A stretch of 64,000 nucleotides of DNA from Dudresnaya verticillata (Eukaryota), in the NCBI GenBank assembly GCA_977862235.1, contig OZ374563.1, forward strand, positions 248,001 to 312,000, in the 5' to 3' direction. Positions 26,881-38,478 of this stretch are shown here, in pieces. The notes under the pieces are model-generated. The model saw only the letters and a list, made by a program, of their open reading frames with translations, made no database searches and was not told the DNA's origin. Position 1 is the first letter of the stretch. Each line of letters begins with the position of its first letter. A program made the translations under genes and the position numbers.

Positions 26881-27893
26881 ATTTGAAGTCACTACGGGCT
26901 GAGATTCCCAGCCCGTCCCAGCTTGGGAAGTTCCAATAGTCTTATTCTTCTTGTGGCTGTATGCTATGCACAGAGCCTCCTTGTATAGGAGACTCAACAT
27001 AAAAGTTGGTGTTAGCATTGTAGCACCATTTCACCACCAAACTTTGTTGAGAAAACTTTATCATCACCATTTCACCAAGCTTTAGCAGGATTCAGGTGAG
27101 AAGAAAGTTAAACGAAGACCTGTCTGCAGGGTGAAGCTAAGGAAGAACGCTCAAACGCTCCTGCACTTAATGGCAGCAACAGGGGCAGTACACAAGCCGC
27201 TTTAACACAACAACGGTTTTGGTGAGATGTTTTGCTGACGACTTTTCAACCAGTCAATCTCAGTGTAGGGAAGCATCTTTCTTGCAACTGATAAAGGTTC
27301 GTCGCCATCTAGCATTTTCACGAACGGGCACAACGGAAAAGGAACCTTGGCACCGAGAAAACTGCACTACTTGAAGAACCTATGCCCAAGCAGTTGTCAA
27401 TGTTAGCAGCTGCCGATTTTAGCAGTTGCCGATGTTAGCTCACCAGAATTCCGTCTACACTTTGGAGGCTTACGCTATCCACTAGCAAGCCATGGCCAAA
27501 AACCCGCTTGTGTCATGTTGTTAACACAGAATGACGGGAAAGTGCAGCATTGGAACCATGGAGCTGCAGCCCTCGTTCGCGCATTGCCAAGGGGATGACA
27601 AGATGAAGAGGAGAGGTGTTTGAAGGCAGAGATGGAGCATTGTGAGAAATCCTCAAGGCTACGTCGCGAGTCAGCTGCTCGCGAGCTCCCAGGGGGCAGG
27701 CTCCTAGCTCAAAAGTGACAGTCTGTCTCGGTCATGTCCCTCTACTGGGACATCCACACACGTCCTTTCGCGCAGCCGGCTTTCCCAGAAAAGTTCTTGA
27801 AAAGCTCTGAACAAAAGCACACGCAAGCAACAAAAAATGTGAGGTAGTACACGCAGGTGCAGGCACTGTAAGCTGGAGAGTCACAAGGTCGGC

Positions 27894-28763
27894 TTACTTT
27901 TCCACAATGATCCAAACCAGCACGGCGTTTATCGGGTCATTTCTGGAAACCATGTCCACAAACTCCATGTCGAAGAACTCTTTCTCCTCCGAAGAGCCCA
28001 TGCCATACCTGGTCCTGGCATGTACGAAATCGGCATTTCCCCAGGATCCACATAGCTTAATGCCGCCCTCAAACGGCATGGAGAGCACGCGCAGCGCATC
28101 CGGAAAGAACCTCCACAGGTCATGAAACTCACGATGCTCATGCAATGGATTGTAAGCGACCGTGGTAAAGATGGCAATACCCCCCTTCTTGAGAATCCTT
28201 CGCACCTCCAGAAACACGAAAAACGGGTTGAGAGTGTGTTCCAGCACCTGGTCGGCCGTAACGACATCAAACACGTCATCGTCAAACCCCGTCGCGTGTA
28301 GGTCAGTATCGGGGTAGCTCGTCTTGGTCACATCGAGCAGCTCTGCGAACGGAGCGAGAAAAGCGGAACCACTGGCATCGAGTACGCGGAGGGGCGCGTT
28401 GTGGCGGGTCCGGTTCTGCCATCGGGCGGAGAGGAAATGGTGGATGTTGTGATAGGCGGCGAAGCGACTTGGCGAGCTGCCCTGCGGGAGGCCGTGGCGG
28501 CGAAGGAAGGCAGCGGAGGGGAGGTGGGAGGTACAATTGTAGGCGAGACGGGATTTAAGCAGGGCATTGTTGTGGACTGGGTGGTAGAGGTGGAAGAATT
28601 CTGCGCCGGGCCTGTAGGGGAATTTCAGCAAGGTTCGTAGAAAGGTACAATGTTGCAGCACCAGTAGAACGGCGATGACAGAGGTGACCAGGCCTAGCGT
28701 GAGCAGACGGCGCGGGGAGGGACGGCGAGAATGCATTGCGGGGCTTTTGCTAGGCGCACACAT
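27894..28763 (-). CDS. Class I SAM-dependent methyltransferase (Methyltransf_11-like), type II membrane protein
   Basis: N-terminal TM anchor (LLTLGLVTSVIAVLLVL), then VLDASG, FDDDVFDVVTADQVLEH and EVRRILKKGG motifs. Confidence 0.85.
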   Translation of the reverse strand: MCAPSKSPAMHSRRPSPRRLLTLGLVTSVIAVLLVLQHCTFLRTLLKFPYRPGAEFFHLYHPVHNNALLKSRLAYNCTSHLPSAAFLRRHGLPQGSSPSRFAAYHNIHHFLSARWQNRTRHNAPLRVLDASGSAFLAPFAELLDVTKTSYPDTDLHATGFDDDVFDVVTADQVLEHTLNPFFVFLEVRRILKKGGIAIFTTVAYNPLHEHREFHDLWRFFPDALRVLSMPFEGGIKLCGSWGNADFVHARTRYGMGSSEEKEFFDMEFVDMVSRNDPINAVLVWIIVEK

Positions 28764-29299
28764 GGAGTCTCGGCAATTGTTGCGGGGCTTGAAGGGGGCC
28801 GAGGCTTGGCATTGTGGCGAGGGGCGGGCGAATCGGGTGTGTCAGTAGGGTGGGACAGTGACGGCTTTTTGGTGTCGGTGGCTCGCTGTTCGGCGCCGTT
28901 AATTCAACACACTTGCGCACATCGGCACAAGTGTCTTTGTGGGAAACGAAGTCAGAAATGGGGTCCACAGTGAAGACCACAGCGTTGACACGGAGGAGTT
29001 CCGTCCGTCCTTCGTCTCTCCGACGGATCGTCTCTCGGGACGAAACGAATGTTGATCCAATTTCCGAGAAATAGGTCAATACTTTCCGAAAACTTTCCGA
29101 AAACCTTTGAGCCCGTGGCGCATTCTGTAATGCGGCTCCACCCACCAACCAACCACCCGCGCACCGCCGCGCGTCTCCTCTTGCCCTGTCTCCCATACCA
29201 CCTCAACACCACCTCAGGTCTCCCGACTGCAGCTTCAACCCCCCTGCGTCGCCCTCCCGCGGCACATGACCGCGCGCCGCGCCGCGCCGAGCGGCCTCC

Positions 29300-30241
29300 A
29301 TGTCCACCTCGCCCCCGCCGGGGCCGGAAGCCCCCATCTGGTCCGGCGAACTCCACATCCGCGGCAACCGCAACAGTCTCACGCTCAACGCCGTCGCCCA
29401 CCTCCACTCGGCCACCACCGCGGCCCCCTCGCCGCCCGACGTCTCCACTTGGCCACGTCAGCTCCACTGCACAGGCGCCACCCTCAAGTCACTCACGCAA
29501 ATTCCGTGTACGCGGCTGTTCGACCTTGCCGAGGCGTCGTACGTCCGCTTGGTCCCCGTCGACGCCAACGCCCAAGAAATCCGCGAACCACGTCTCGACG
29601 CCCTCGTCGCGGAGATGGTCCAAAGACGCCTCACATTCGAGGTCCCTTGCGGTTCGGGCCACGCACGCCCGACTCTTTATCTGGCTGCCTTGCAGATCCC
29701 GCCCCATGAATCTTCCCTGTTTGGCGTCTACGCCCCGCCGGCTCCGCCACCAAAGCGTCCCCGCCCTGTGGCCCCACCCACGCCCCCAGAAGGTAATCTC
29801 CCTGTGTGGCGCGGTGTTCTCCGTGTGCACGGCTTGCAGCACACAATGGACGTGCCTTGCGTCGCCCTGCAGTACATTCTGTCCGATCCTTCGCAGAGCC
29901 ACGGTTATTCGCTGATAGATGCGTCTGGATGGCCAGACAGCCTCATGTGCGATGTCATCAGCATACGACGCAGTGATGACGTTGTCGACCAGATGAACCG
30001 TGCGCAGTGGTACGTCCGCTTTGCACCGGTTGACAAGGATGGGCGTGAGGTTGTCAATCACAAGCTGCGGGGCTTGGTCAACATGCTTAGCGTGAAAAGG
30101 CTCGTGTTCGAGGTCCCATGCGAGAACCCGCGAGGGACTCCTGGCACGCTGTATATGTGGGGGCTCCAGATCCCGCCCCATGGCGAAAGCTTTCTCGGTG
30201 TGTTTCTGCCACGGGAGTGTCAGGGTGGAGGGCCTGGGTAG
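29300..30241 (+). CDS. Protein made of two tandem SPOC/MED25-ACID(PTOV)-like domains
   Basis: Internal duplication: IWSGEL/VWRGVL, WPRQL/WPDSL, YVRLVPVD/YVRFAPVD, RRLTFEVPC/KRLVFEVPC, LQIPPHESSLFGV/LQIPPHGESFLGV, joined by a Pro-rich linker. Confidence 0.7.
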   Translation: MSTSPPPGPEAPIWSGELHIRGNRNSLTLNAVAHLHSATTAAPSPPDVSTWPRQLHCTGATLKSLTQIPCTRLFDLAEASYVRLVPVDANAQEIREPRLDALVAEMVQRRLTFEVPCGSGHARPTLYLAALQIPPHESSLFGVYAPPAPPPKRPRPVAPPTPPEGNLPVWRGVLRVHGLQHTMDVPCVALQYILSDPSQSHGYSLIDASGWPDSLMCDVISIRRSDDVVDQMNRAQWYVRFAPVDKDGREVVNHKLRGLVNMLSVKRLVFEVPCENPRGTPGTLYMWGLQIPPHGESFLGVFLPRECQGGGPG

Positions 30242-31528
30242 TGTCGAACTGCCGTGGTTTTCGGACTGGGCACGTGAATAGCTAGACGACGTGTAAAGAA
30301 ATGTACATTTGGTCCTTGGGATGTGCTGTCAACGAGCCGCGTCGTTATACCCGGAAGTGTGGAAGCTGCAGTGGCGGAATGCGTGAATGCTTTCGCCGTT
30401 TCGTGGTTTTCACGTTCGCCATGATGTCCGTCCTGAACTGAAGAGCAGTGTGTACTTGTTTCCGTGAGAGATCTAGCCAGGAAAATTGGTCTTGCAACGC
30501 AGACACGATGTCGTACTGGACACCATACAGCGCGACCGGTCGATGCAGAGCCAAGATGGACGATAGGTGTTCGTTTTGAATATGCGAGCAGGGCTTCTTC
30601 GACTTGGCCGTCGTCATGCGCAACGTCGGAGTCCGAATAGTACACAGAAAGAGACACGGACTCTTTGCCAACAGCTGCGTCTCTTCTCCAATCGGCACAT
30701 CACCCTTCTCCGCAGCAGCAACGCATGTGGTGGTGCTACAACCGTGCACTTCACGACGAACTGCAGATCTTCCACGGTTTGGGCATATCGAGGGAGAAAC
30801 AGCCGTCGAGAGGGGGTCTCGATGGTTCGTCGACGGGACGATCGGAACTATACCTTCGACTGTCCTGAAGGGTAGTGCTGTTGTGGAAGCTCCGGCGCAG
30901 GTGTGGGAATGGGAAGCGGTGAACGCGGGCGGCGTGGCTCCCGCGAACAGTGGAGTGGCTGGTGACCCTCCACGCCTCCCTGCTTTTTAGACTGTTTTCG
31001 GTCCGGCGAGATTCAGTAATAAAACGAAGCTGCTGCCCGGCGCCGCAGCCGGCTGCTAAATTACCGCCAGTGAAACACGGGCCGCGATATTTACTCGGCG
31101 CTGCGGCGCGGTTTTGTCATCGGTGCCTGCCATGCCTCCTCCTTATCGAGCAAGAAACCTGGGACAGCTCGCATGGAGAAGAAGGTGCGTTTTCATTAGA
31201 GCTCATCAAGTAGAAAACGGGCTCCCGCGGCAACTCTATGCACTCGTCCAAGGGCTCTACTCGCGGGGCTCGACATGGCGGCATGTATCTTATCTGGCTT
31301 GTATTGCGAGACGTGGAGTGAAGCGTCGCCAATTGCAGAAGTTGTTACAGATTTGAATTACAGGCCGGAAGTTGGCAGTGCCGAATGTGCGCATCGTGGA
31401 ATGGCGGGAAAGCTTCACATTAGCCTCTGCGAGTGCCGCTACGAGTGTTTGCAGCACTGAGGGAACAAGCCAGGTACAGTGTAGCTATCTTACCATTGCC
31501 CGAGTTCTAAACTGCACTTAGTACTGGT

Positions 31529-31600
31529 GTATTTACAACAGAGCCTTCCGTGGAAGGCTCTGTTGTAAATACGTCCGTGGAAGGCTCTGTTGTAAATACG
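31529..31600. repeat. 21-bp perfect hairpin plus 27-bp tandem duplication
   Basis: gtatttacaacagagccttcc-gt-ggaaggctctgttgtaaatac; tccgtggaaggctctgttgtaaatacg x2 (31547-31600). Confidence 0.9.
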
Positions 31601-34438
31601 TGCTGGAAGTTCCCACTCTCTTACAGTCTCCCTGAGGTTGATACTCAAATCCCACACTACTGTATAAAGACAATACAGTAATATATCTAGCAACAAAGAC
31701 TTGGAACAGGCGTGCATATCATACTACAGACAATCCTTGTAATGAGGTTGATCTGTGTGGACGCCTTCACATCACACCGGGGAATATTACGAGGAAGCAC
31801 TGGAGCACTCTTTCAAAACACCGAGAAAGTTGTTCTACTTTCCAAAGTATTGCTCTGTCTTCGTCTCGGATATATCTCATACATTCTTGAAGGCTTCATC
31901 TACTGGCTGATTTCAAAGGAACCAGATCGGTGGACGGAAGGCGTATTCTTTTACCGCGGATATTCCTTTATCCAAGCCTTCAGTCCAAGCGTATCGTAAG
32001 CTAGCGTAGTCCGTGACCCTGAGGTTATCGATTTGGCAAGCAAAAAGTGTGATCAGTACGCCGTGTGCGCATACGACACGGGCGTGGGTTTACTCTCGAG
32101 CGACATATCTTCCTGAGAGCTTCCGCACCACAGAGAGCTGGATTCTATGCTATTCAAATTGGTTATGACAACGTCGCAATCGTTAGTCCCAGCAGAACTT
32201 TAGTTGTTAGCTAGTATCTGGAGAGGTGGTTCCATTAGCAACCCGAGGATTCAGGCTCCGCAACTTCCGGACCGGAAGCAGAAGCTTCTGTGAAGCCCCA
32301 CAAAATAACGAAGTTGTGTTGTCTGTGCAATCGACCAAGTATGGTGTTACAATAACACCTTGAGACCCGTTCCACCTCCTCAGCGTTGCCGAATGGATAC
32401 TACCATTCCATCATCTTCTTTTAATCCCCGCCCCCAGGCATTTGATGTCACCGCGCTGCCCCCCACCGCACACTATCGACATGCTTCTTCCTGCACTGCC
32501 GGCGCTGCTGCTGTGACGCCCAGCACCTCATCTCCTCGTCAACAGTGTGGACGAATACTGTAAGCCGTTGCTCAGCGCTGAAAAGTGAAAGGGACACCCT
32601 GTCCCATACGCTACAAGCGTGGAAGGCGATGCAACGGGCTCTCGATCAAGGGGGGGCAGGACCGTCAGCCAGAAGAGGAGTACTGCACTGGGAAGAAAGA
32701 ACAAGACCGACTACCTTTTAAGGTGCTCTCTCTAGGTCGCTACGCCGAATAGGAGCATGACAAAAGATGACGTACTCTGGGACACGATGCCCGAGTCCGA
32801 GCGGCACGGTCGTGGGCCGGCCGCTGGCAACCCCGTCGCATTACGGCGGGCAGTAAACTGACCTTGTGCGCGTGACGCGTGATTGTAGCGCCGAGGTGTT
32901 GCCGTTCTTCCTGTACGAGCGATTGCGTTTGCGGAGCCTTAGCGTGCGCATCTCTTTACTTTGTACAAACGCGGATCGTCACACTGCCTAGGCCGCTCAG
33001 CGGCCAAAAATTGCACATTACGCTGATCTTACAGCCAGTGAAGGGATACCTTAGCAAATAACAGTCGTCGTCTTGCTATTCATGTTGACGTGTTAGACTC
33101 TGCGGCAACCTAGCGTCTCTAGCTCTCCTTTCTGAATAAAGCTACCCGTCTCTGAGACCCCTGTCACTGGGCAGATTCAAGAACTACCACTCCACCACTC
33201 CACCACCCACTTGGCCAATCAGAAGCTGTAAAGTAGTGGCTGCTGTGAATGCCGTACTTTCAGTCAAGCGTGGAGGGTCGGCCGAGCCCTCCACACTTTA
33301 CCATTTTGCTTCCCTACACTCGGTATGCGACATTAATGAGTGATTCCCGCAATGCATTCATGCAAAATGCTCTGTCGAGTTGTGGAAGAGGAGATACTTT
33401 CTCGTCCGCTAAAATAGCAACAACACACAACGGCAAGGGTTCGAGCGTGTGTACCCTACTGGGAAAGTGTCGGCATCCGCACAGACCATGGGTGAGGGGT
33501 GAGGGGCGTCGCACTCAATAGCCGCAACCTACCTTGTGACAAGTAGTGTTCGAGAGGCGCCAAAGTTTACATCTGAAGCCCAAGCACTTGTGGTGGCGTA
33601 TTGGAATGGTCTTTCCTGAATCTGCGCACTCTCCCTTGGCATCAAGCAATCCCACTACTCATACTGCGCAGTACTATTTCCTACTATCCTGATAAGGGCA
33701 TTAAAAGCATCTATTTCGAAAGAGGATTTAAGCTATTACCATCGTACTTCAGCTAAAGGTAGGGGCTTTTAGCTAATCTTATGCCTACAATAACAAACCA
33801 TTCCGGAGTCTATTTCGGAAAACGCGCTGTTCCCTCAGATAGAGCAATAAGAAGAAGATTTGTCCGGGGCTGAGTGTATGAATAACGGAGCTTAAGGAGT
33901 GTCACTCAATAGAGGAAGGGACAGTTTGCGTCGATTTACGCTGAGAGCTACACATTGGAGAACAAGAGACACTAGACGAGTATTACGTTACTAAAATGAT
34001 GATGATGCAGACTCTATTATGATCGGATGGTGAGAAATAACGTCGGAGTAAGCAGTATACAACAAAAAAAGAGTATGAATTATCGTTGATCGACTTCCTT
34101 CGTGTTGCATACTCTCTCTGTTCCGTGTAGGATATACTAATTCGATGTTAGCGATACCAACTCCACTTCTTGCATACCATACGCTATTCGATAAGAAGAT
34201 AATGGTATCTTTTTGTAGGAAGCATCTACCCAAAGTACCCAACACTGGTATTTAAGGAGAGTTTTTCATCTATCATAGAGTGTACAACATCTATTTGCCG
34301 AAGGCCCCCTGCTAAACGCGAATTCCCTCGTTCATTAGAAGCGATAAACGGTTCAGTTATGAATTGGCCAGGCGAGCTGGAACGGTCCGAGTGTTGAGGT
34401 TATATGAGGGGTCAACTCAGCTTTCAGAGTATTAATGG

Positions 34439-34556
34439 TACAGTCGAGTCTCGATTAAAGGAACTGTTCGGTTGACTAACTTCGATTCCCGTAAAGGGGG
34501 TGTTCCGTTTAGATAAAGGTTCCGCTTAGATAAAGGTTCCGCTTAGATAAAGGTTC
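34439..34556 (+). mobile_element. Tc1/mariner-pogo-like terminus (TA + CAGTCGAGTCTCGATT) with a 17-bp subterminal repeat x3
   Basis: TA precedes a CAGT-starting TIR-like sequence, and gttccgYttagataaag is repeated three times. The partner TIR was not found. Confidence 0.4.
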
Positions 34557-34875
34557 TCATATCTTACGGAATCTTCTCACACCACAGTAAAGAACAATAC
34601 CAGCTCGTTAACATCACACACATACAACACATATACACATGTTCCTATATTTGTAAAAAGCTAATAATTGTAGTCCGCCTCAGAGACCAGAAGGTAACGG
34701 TAAGATGAACGGCTTTTTATTGTAGTTAAAAGGTTTTGTGTAGAATACTTATGGACACGTGACACAAACCGGGTTCCCGTAACGATGAGGGAACAATCCT
34801 CCTTTGTGATTATAAGGGGGTCAGGGTACAGCTGGAGAGTTAGCTTTGAGGTCTGAGGCGCCATTCAGTGATACA

Positions 34876-36329
34876 CTGATAAGGGGCCAAATAGATTTAC
34901 GTCGCAACTCGTTCATTAATGACGCATGCAATGTTGCCAGCGTGGGGAGTATTTTGTTGCGGACCATGTATCGTTCGTACATGGTACATGTACAGAAGTT
35001 CGGGAATGGACTATTCTCTACTATCGAAGCACGGACCCTTGCAGCTGGTACAGTAACCGAGTGCTGCTCTTGCTCTTGGCGAGATCTGAGAATGTTTACA
35101 ATAGAACTGGAGGGATAACTTTTGCCAGGGAAGCGGTCCATATTTCCACCTCACTCTGCGATAGATTTTAATCCAGAAGGCGATACAGAAGATTGTTTGA
35201 GGGAGGCAAAGTGTAACGAGGTGTGGATACAGACATTTTATTCCCTGAGTTATAGGAACAGGAGCATCACAGGAGGACGAAATCGCATGTGTCCTTCTGA
35301 TGCGGAATGCGCCCTTTTCGATATTACATTATTAGCACCCGACCTCCTCGATGTATATGCCAACAAGGCCTTATCAGCACACAAGGGAGCCCGTGTCCCA
35401 CTCTCTTGATATACGCAACTATACCTATTTGTACGTTTTGCATCGCTAGCAACTTCTTTAATGAAAGTAAAGTGTACATTTATGTCCGATAGCCCAATGT
35501 TTGTTCCCAGCCAAAGAGCAGCCAAAGAGAACTGCATATCTCTCGGAGCAACGGCTAACTCTACCTGCTTATCCCCAGTGTACCCTGATAAGGGGCCAAA
35601 TAGATTTAACGTCGCAACTCGTTCATTGATGAACTCGTTCATGAACTCGTTCATCAATGAGGTATGCAATGTTGCCAGCGTGGGGAGTATTTTGTTGCGG
35701 GCCATGTATCGTTTGTACAGTGTGGTACTTGCACAGAAATTCGGGAATGGACTCGCTATTCTCTGCTATCGAAGCACGGACCCTTGCAGCTGGTACAGTA
35801 ACCGGGTGCTGCTCTCGCTCTTGGTGAAATCTGAGAATGTTTACAATAGAACTGGAGGGATAACTTTTGCCAGTGAAGCGGTCCTTGTTTCCACCTCACT
35901 CTACGATAGATTTTAATCCTGAAGGCGATACAGAATATTGTTTAAGGGAGGCACGGTTTAACGACGTGTGGATACAGACATTTTATTCCCTGAGTTATAG
36001 GAACAGGAGCATCACACGAGGATGAAATCGCATGTGTCCTTCTGATGCGGAATGCGCCCTTTTCGAAATTACATTATTAGCACCCGACCGCCTCGATGTA
36101 TATGCCAACAAGGCCTTATCAGCACACAAGGGAGCCTGTGTCCCACTCTCTTGATATACGTAACTATACCTATTTGCGCGTTTTGCATCGCTAGCAACTT
36201 CTTTAATGAAAGTAGAGTGTACATTTATGTCCGATAGCCCAATGTCTGTTCCCAGCCAAAGAGCAGCCAAAGAGAACTGCATATCTCTCGGAGACAACGG
36301 CTCGCTCTACTGCATGTCCCCAGTGTACC
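34876..36329. repeat. Diverged tandem duplication of a ~710-745 bp unit
   Basis: Copy 1 is 34876-35584 and copy 2 is 35585-36329. Both start ctgataaggggccaaatagattta and end ccccagtgtacc, with scattered substitutions and indels. Confidence 0.92.
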
Positions 36330-36849
36330 GAACCCACCACACCGTTCAAAGAGCAAGCAGCCCATGCACGCCTGTTGAAAACAAACATGCACCTACGGTA
36401 CAGATTCTTGACGGAGCAGTCCATCATCTTCGCGCCGAAATGGCCACTATGCGCGTCAGCGTTACTCGTCACCGACCCTGTTGAGTCAGCCCCCGATAGT
36501 GAACCACATGCGGCCCCGCATGGGGGGTAACCATGCCGTGAGTCTAGAAACGTTCACCAGTCGCTTGACAGCGCCGCTTTCCCGCCGATAGAGCGGAGCG
36601 CGACCACAGTTCAGAGCCTTTTGCCCCCTTCAATACCCCCCTTACGGTCAACAACGCTGACAAACCCTGCATTTTATCCACGAGTTCGCAGAGCTCAGCT
36701 TTCTTTACCTTTAACCTGTGAGAAGCCTCGGCCTCTCGGCAAAGCCAGTCGTCTCAATCACGAACAAGTAAATTTGACTTTTTTCTTCATCTTCAACACG
36801 TTTGAACCCCAGCTTCTCCGTTTCATCTGCTTCTGTATCTCTCTGCAAC

Positions 36850-38478
36850 ATGGCCTTCACTATCTCGTTTTTGCGCCCGCTTCCCGTTCGGGTTACAGAG
36901 ATTCTGGGTGATGAGGAAGACGGAATCAAGCCGTTCTCCAACAACCGATCTACGTCTTCTTGGACTGTTCCGTCATCGAGAGGCAGGGTTCTAGCTCTGT
37001 GTAGCTTTATCGCGCTCACGTCTTTATGGTTCTCAAGTCTAAGATACTCCCCAAGTTCAATCGTCACGAGGAGAATTCTTAGCCCTAATGAGAGCCGCAA
37101 TGTGGCCATGACACCTGCTGAAGGCAAAAACCTCTCTGCAAGCCCTAGCGGACTCGTAAATGGGCGTCGCACGATGGCTGCCTCCGACGATGACCAAGGC
37201 GAAACGCCCTTAACTACGGATACGGCTTTCCATGCCCCTGCCAAATCTGGTACTAACAACGAGGAAGACATTCAGGGACAGCAATGTAACGCCTCACTAC
37301 CACGAGAGTTCTCGCTCCTGGAACCCCCCACCACTGCCCCTTCCATTCTACAAGACTACGTCAAATGGCATCAGAAGCAGAGACGATGTCTTTTGGACCC
37401 CAGTTGCAAGGAGAAACCCCGAGTCCTGGTCTCTACCTGTCTGACGACAAAGGTGTGTCTTGGTCTAGGCGATCGCATGCGTGGAACTTACTTTTCTTTC
37501 TTGTTGGCGGTAGCAACCAAGAGAGTTTTCTTCATTCATTGGACATCGAACCCTTTCCCATTGCATGTGGGTATGGTTCCTGCGGCTATTGACTGGACAC
37601 TGCCGGAGACGTTACCTTTTCAATCGGACTGGCCATATCTTGACTGGGGTGGGAGCTGCAAACCTCCCCGAAGGTGCGACGGCTCTAGTTTTCATTGGAC
37701 GACAATGCCGGGCGTGAACGAGAAGGGCGATGACATTCACCTTTGGGAAGACGATGTCGAAAAGCTTTGGCGTAACTTTTCGGTAATAACTATTGAGACA
37801 AGAATGAAAGACAAGAGGTGCGATTACCTGTCCAAGAACCCTCATTTTGACGAGAAGTTTGGAACTTTGATGAATACTACGAGCAGCAGGATGGCCTTCA
37901 GGAACCCCGCCATGCAGTCGTTATTCCGGCCATCCAATGCCACACTTGAAAAGATGTCCTTTGCTTCCTTCGATGAAGACACAAACTACTACAGCGTCCA
38001 TCTCAGAACCGGTGACGATGTTGGGGAAGCAGACGTTCAGCGGTTCAGCTCGGTCCTAACAGATAAGCAAGAAGTTGCAAAGAAGGTTATCGACTGCATT
38101 GAGCGCCTGCGAGTTAACGCCAGCGCTCCGAAAGAGGTATTTCTCGCGACAGATTCGAGTGCAGTGAGGGGTTGGTTTAGGAAAGAAGCTGAAAGGAAAG
38201 GATATCGAGTGAATTCTTTCAACAGCCAGACGATGCATGTCGCAAAGGAAAATAAGATGAATTACACGTCAGCTGCAGTTTCAGACAGCGACAAGCAACG
38301 GGAGCTCTGTGACGGTTTCCTTGCGATATTTGCAGACATATTCATGCTGGCAGGGGCGGACCTGATGATTGCCTTACCCTCTCATTTCGCAATGATGGCG
38401 GGAATGTTGAACAAGGGAGGGCGAGTGCTAAGGCTGAATATGAAACTGCCCATAGACAAGCAGTGCTTTCTGCGATGA
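36850..38478 (+). CDS. Type II membrane fucosyltransferase-like glycosyltransferase (GT23/NodZ/GT37-like GT-B fold)
   Basis: N-terminal TM and stem, then GLGDRMRG, YYSVHLRTGD (motif I), VFLATDS (motif II) and DIFMLAGAD...SHFA (motif III). First ATG is at 36850. Confidence 0.8.
   Translation: MAFTISFLRPLPVRVTEILGDEEDGIKPFSNNRSTSSWTVPSSRGRVLALCSFIALTSLWFSSLRYSPSSIVTRRILSPNESRNVAMTPAEGKNLSASPSGLVNGRRTMAASDDDQGETPLTTDTAFHAPAKSGTNNEEDIQGQQCNASLPREFSLLEPPTTAPSILQDYVKWHQKQRRCLLDPSCKEKPRVLVSTCLTTKVCLGLGDRMRGTYFSFLLAVATKRVFFIHWTSNPFPLHVGMVPAAIDWTLPETLPFQSDWPYLDWGGSCKPPRRCDGSSFHWTTMPGVNEKGDDIHLWEDDVEKLWRNFSVITIETRMKDKRCDYLSKNPHFDEKFGTLMNTTSSRMAFRNPAMQSLFRPSNATLEKMSFASFDEDTNYYSVHLRTGDDVGEADVQRFSSVLTDKQEVAKKVIDCIERLRVNASAPKEVFLATDSSAVRGWFRKEAERKGYRVNSFNSQTMHVAKENKMNYTSAAVSDSDKQRELCDGFLAIFADIFMLAGADLMIALPSHFAMMAGMLNKGGRVLRLNMKLPIDKQCFLR

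Noticed and set aside
30345..30990. Long open minus-strand frame downstream of the ACID-like gene
   Set aside because: No ATG near the 5' end and no recognisable domain.
34500..34556. Short direct repeats (17 bp x3; also 27 bp x2 at 12861 and 31547) as a CRISPR-like array
   Set aside because: The repeats are contiguous with no unique spacers, there are no cas genes, and the context is eukaryotic.
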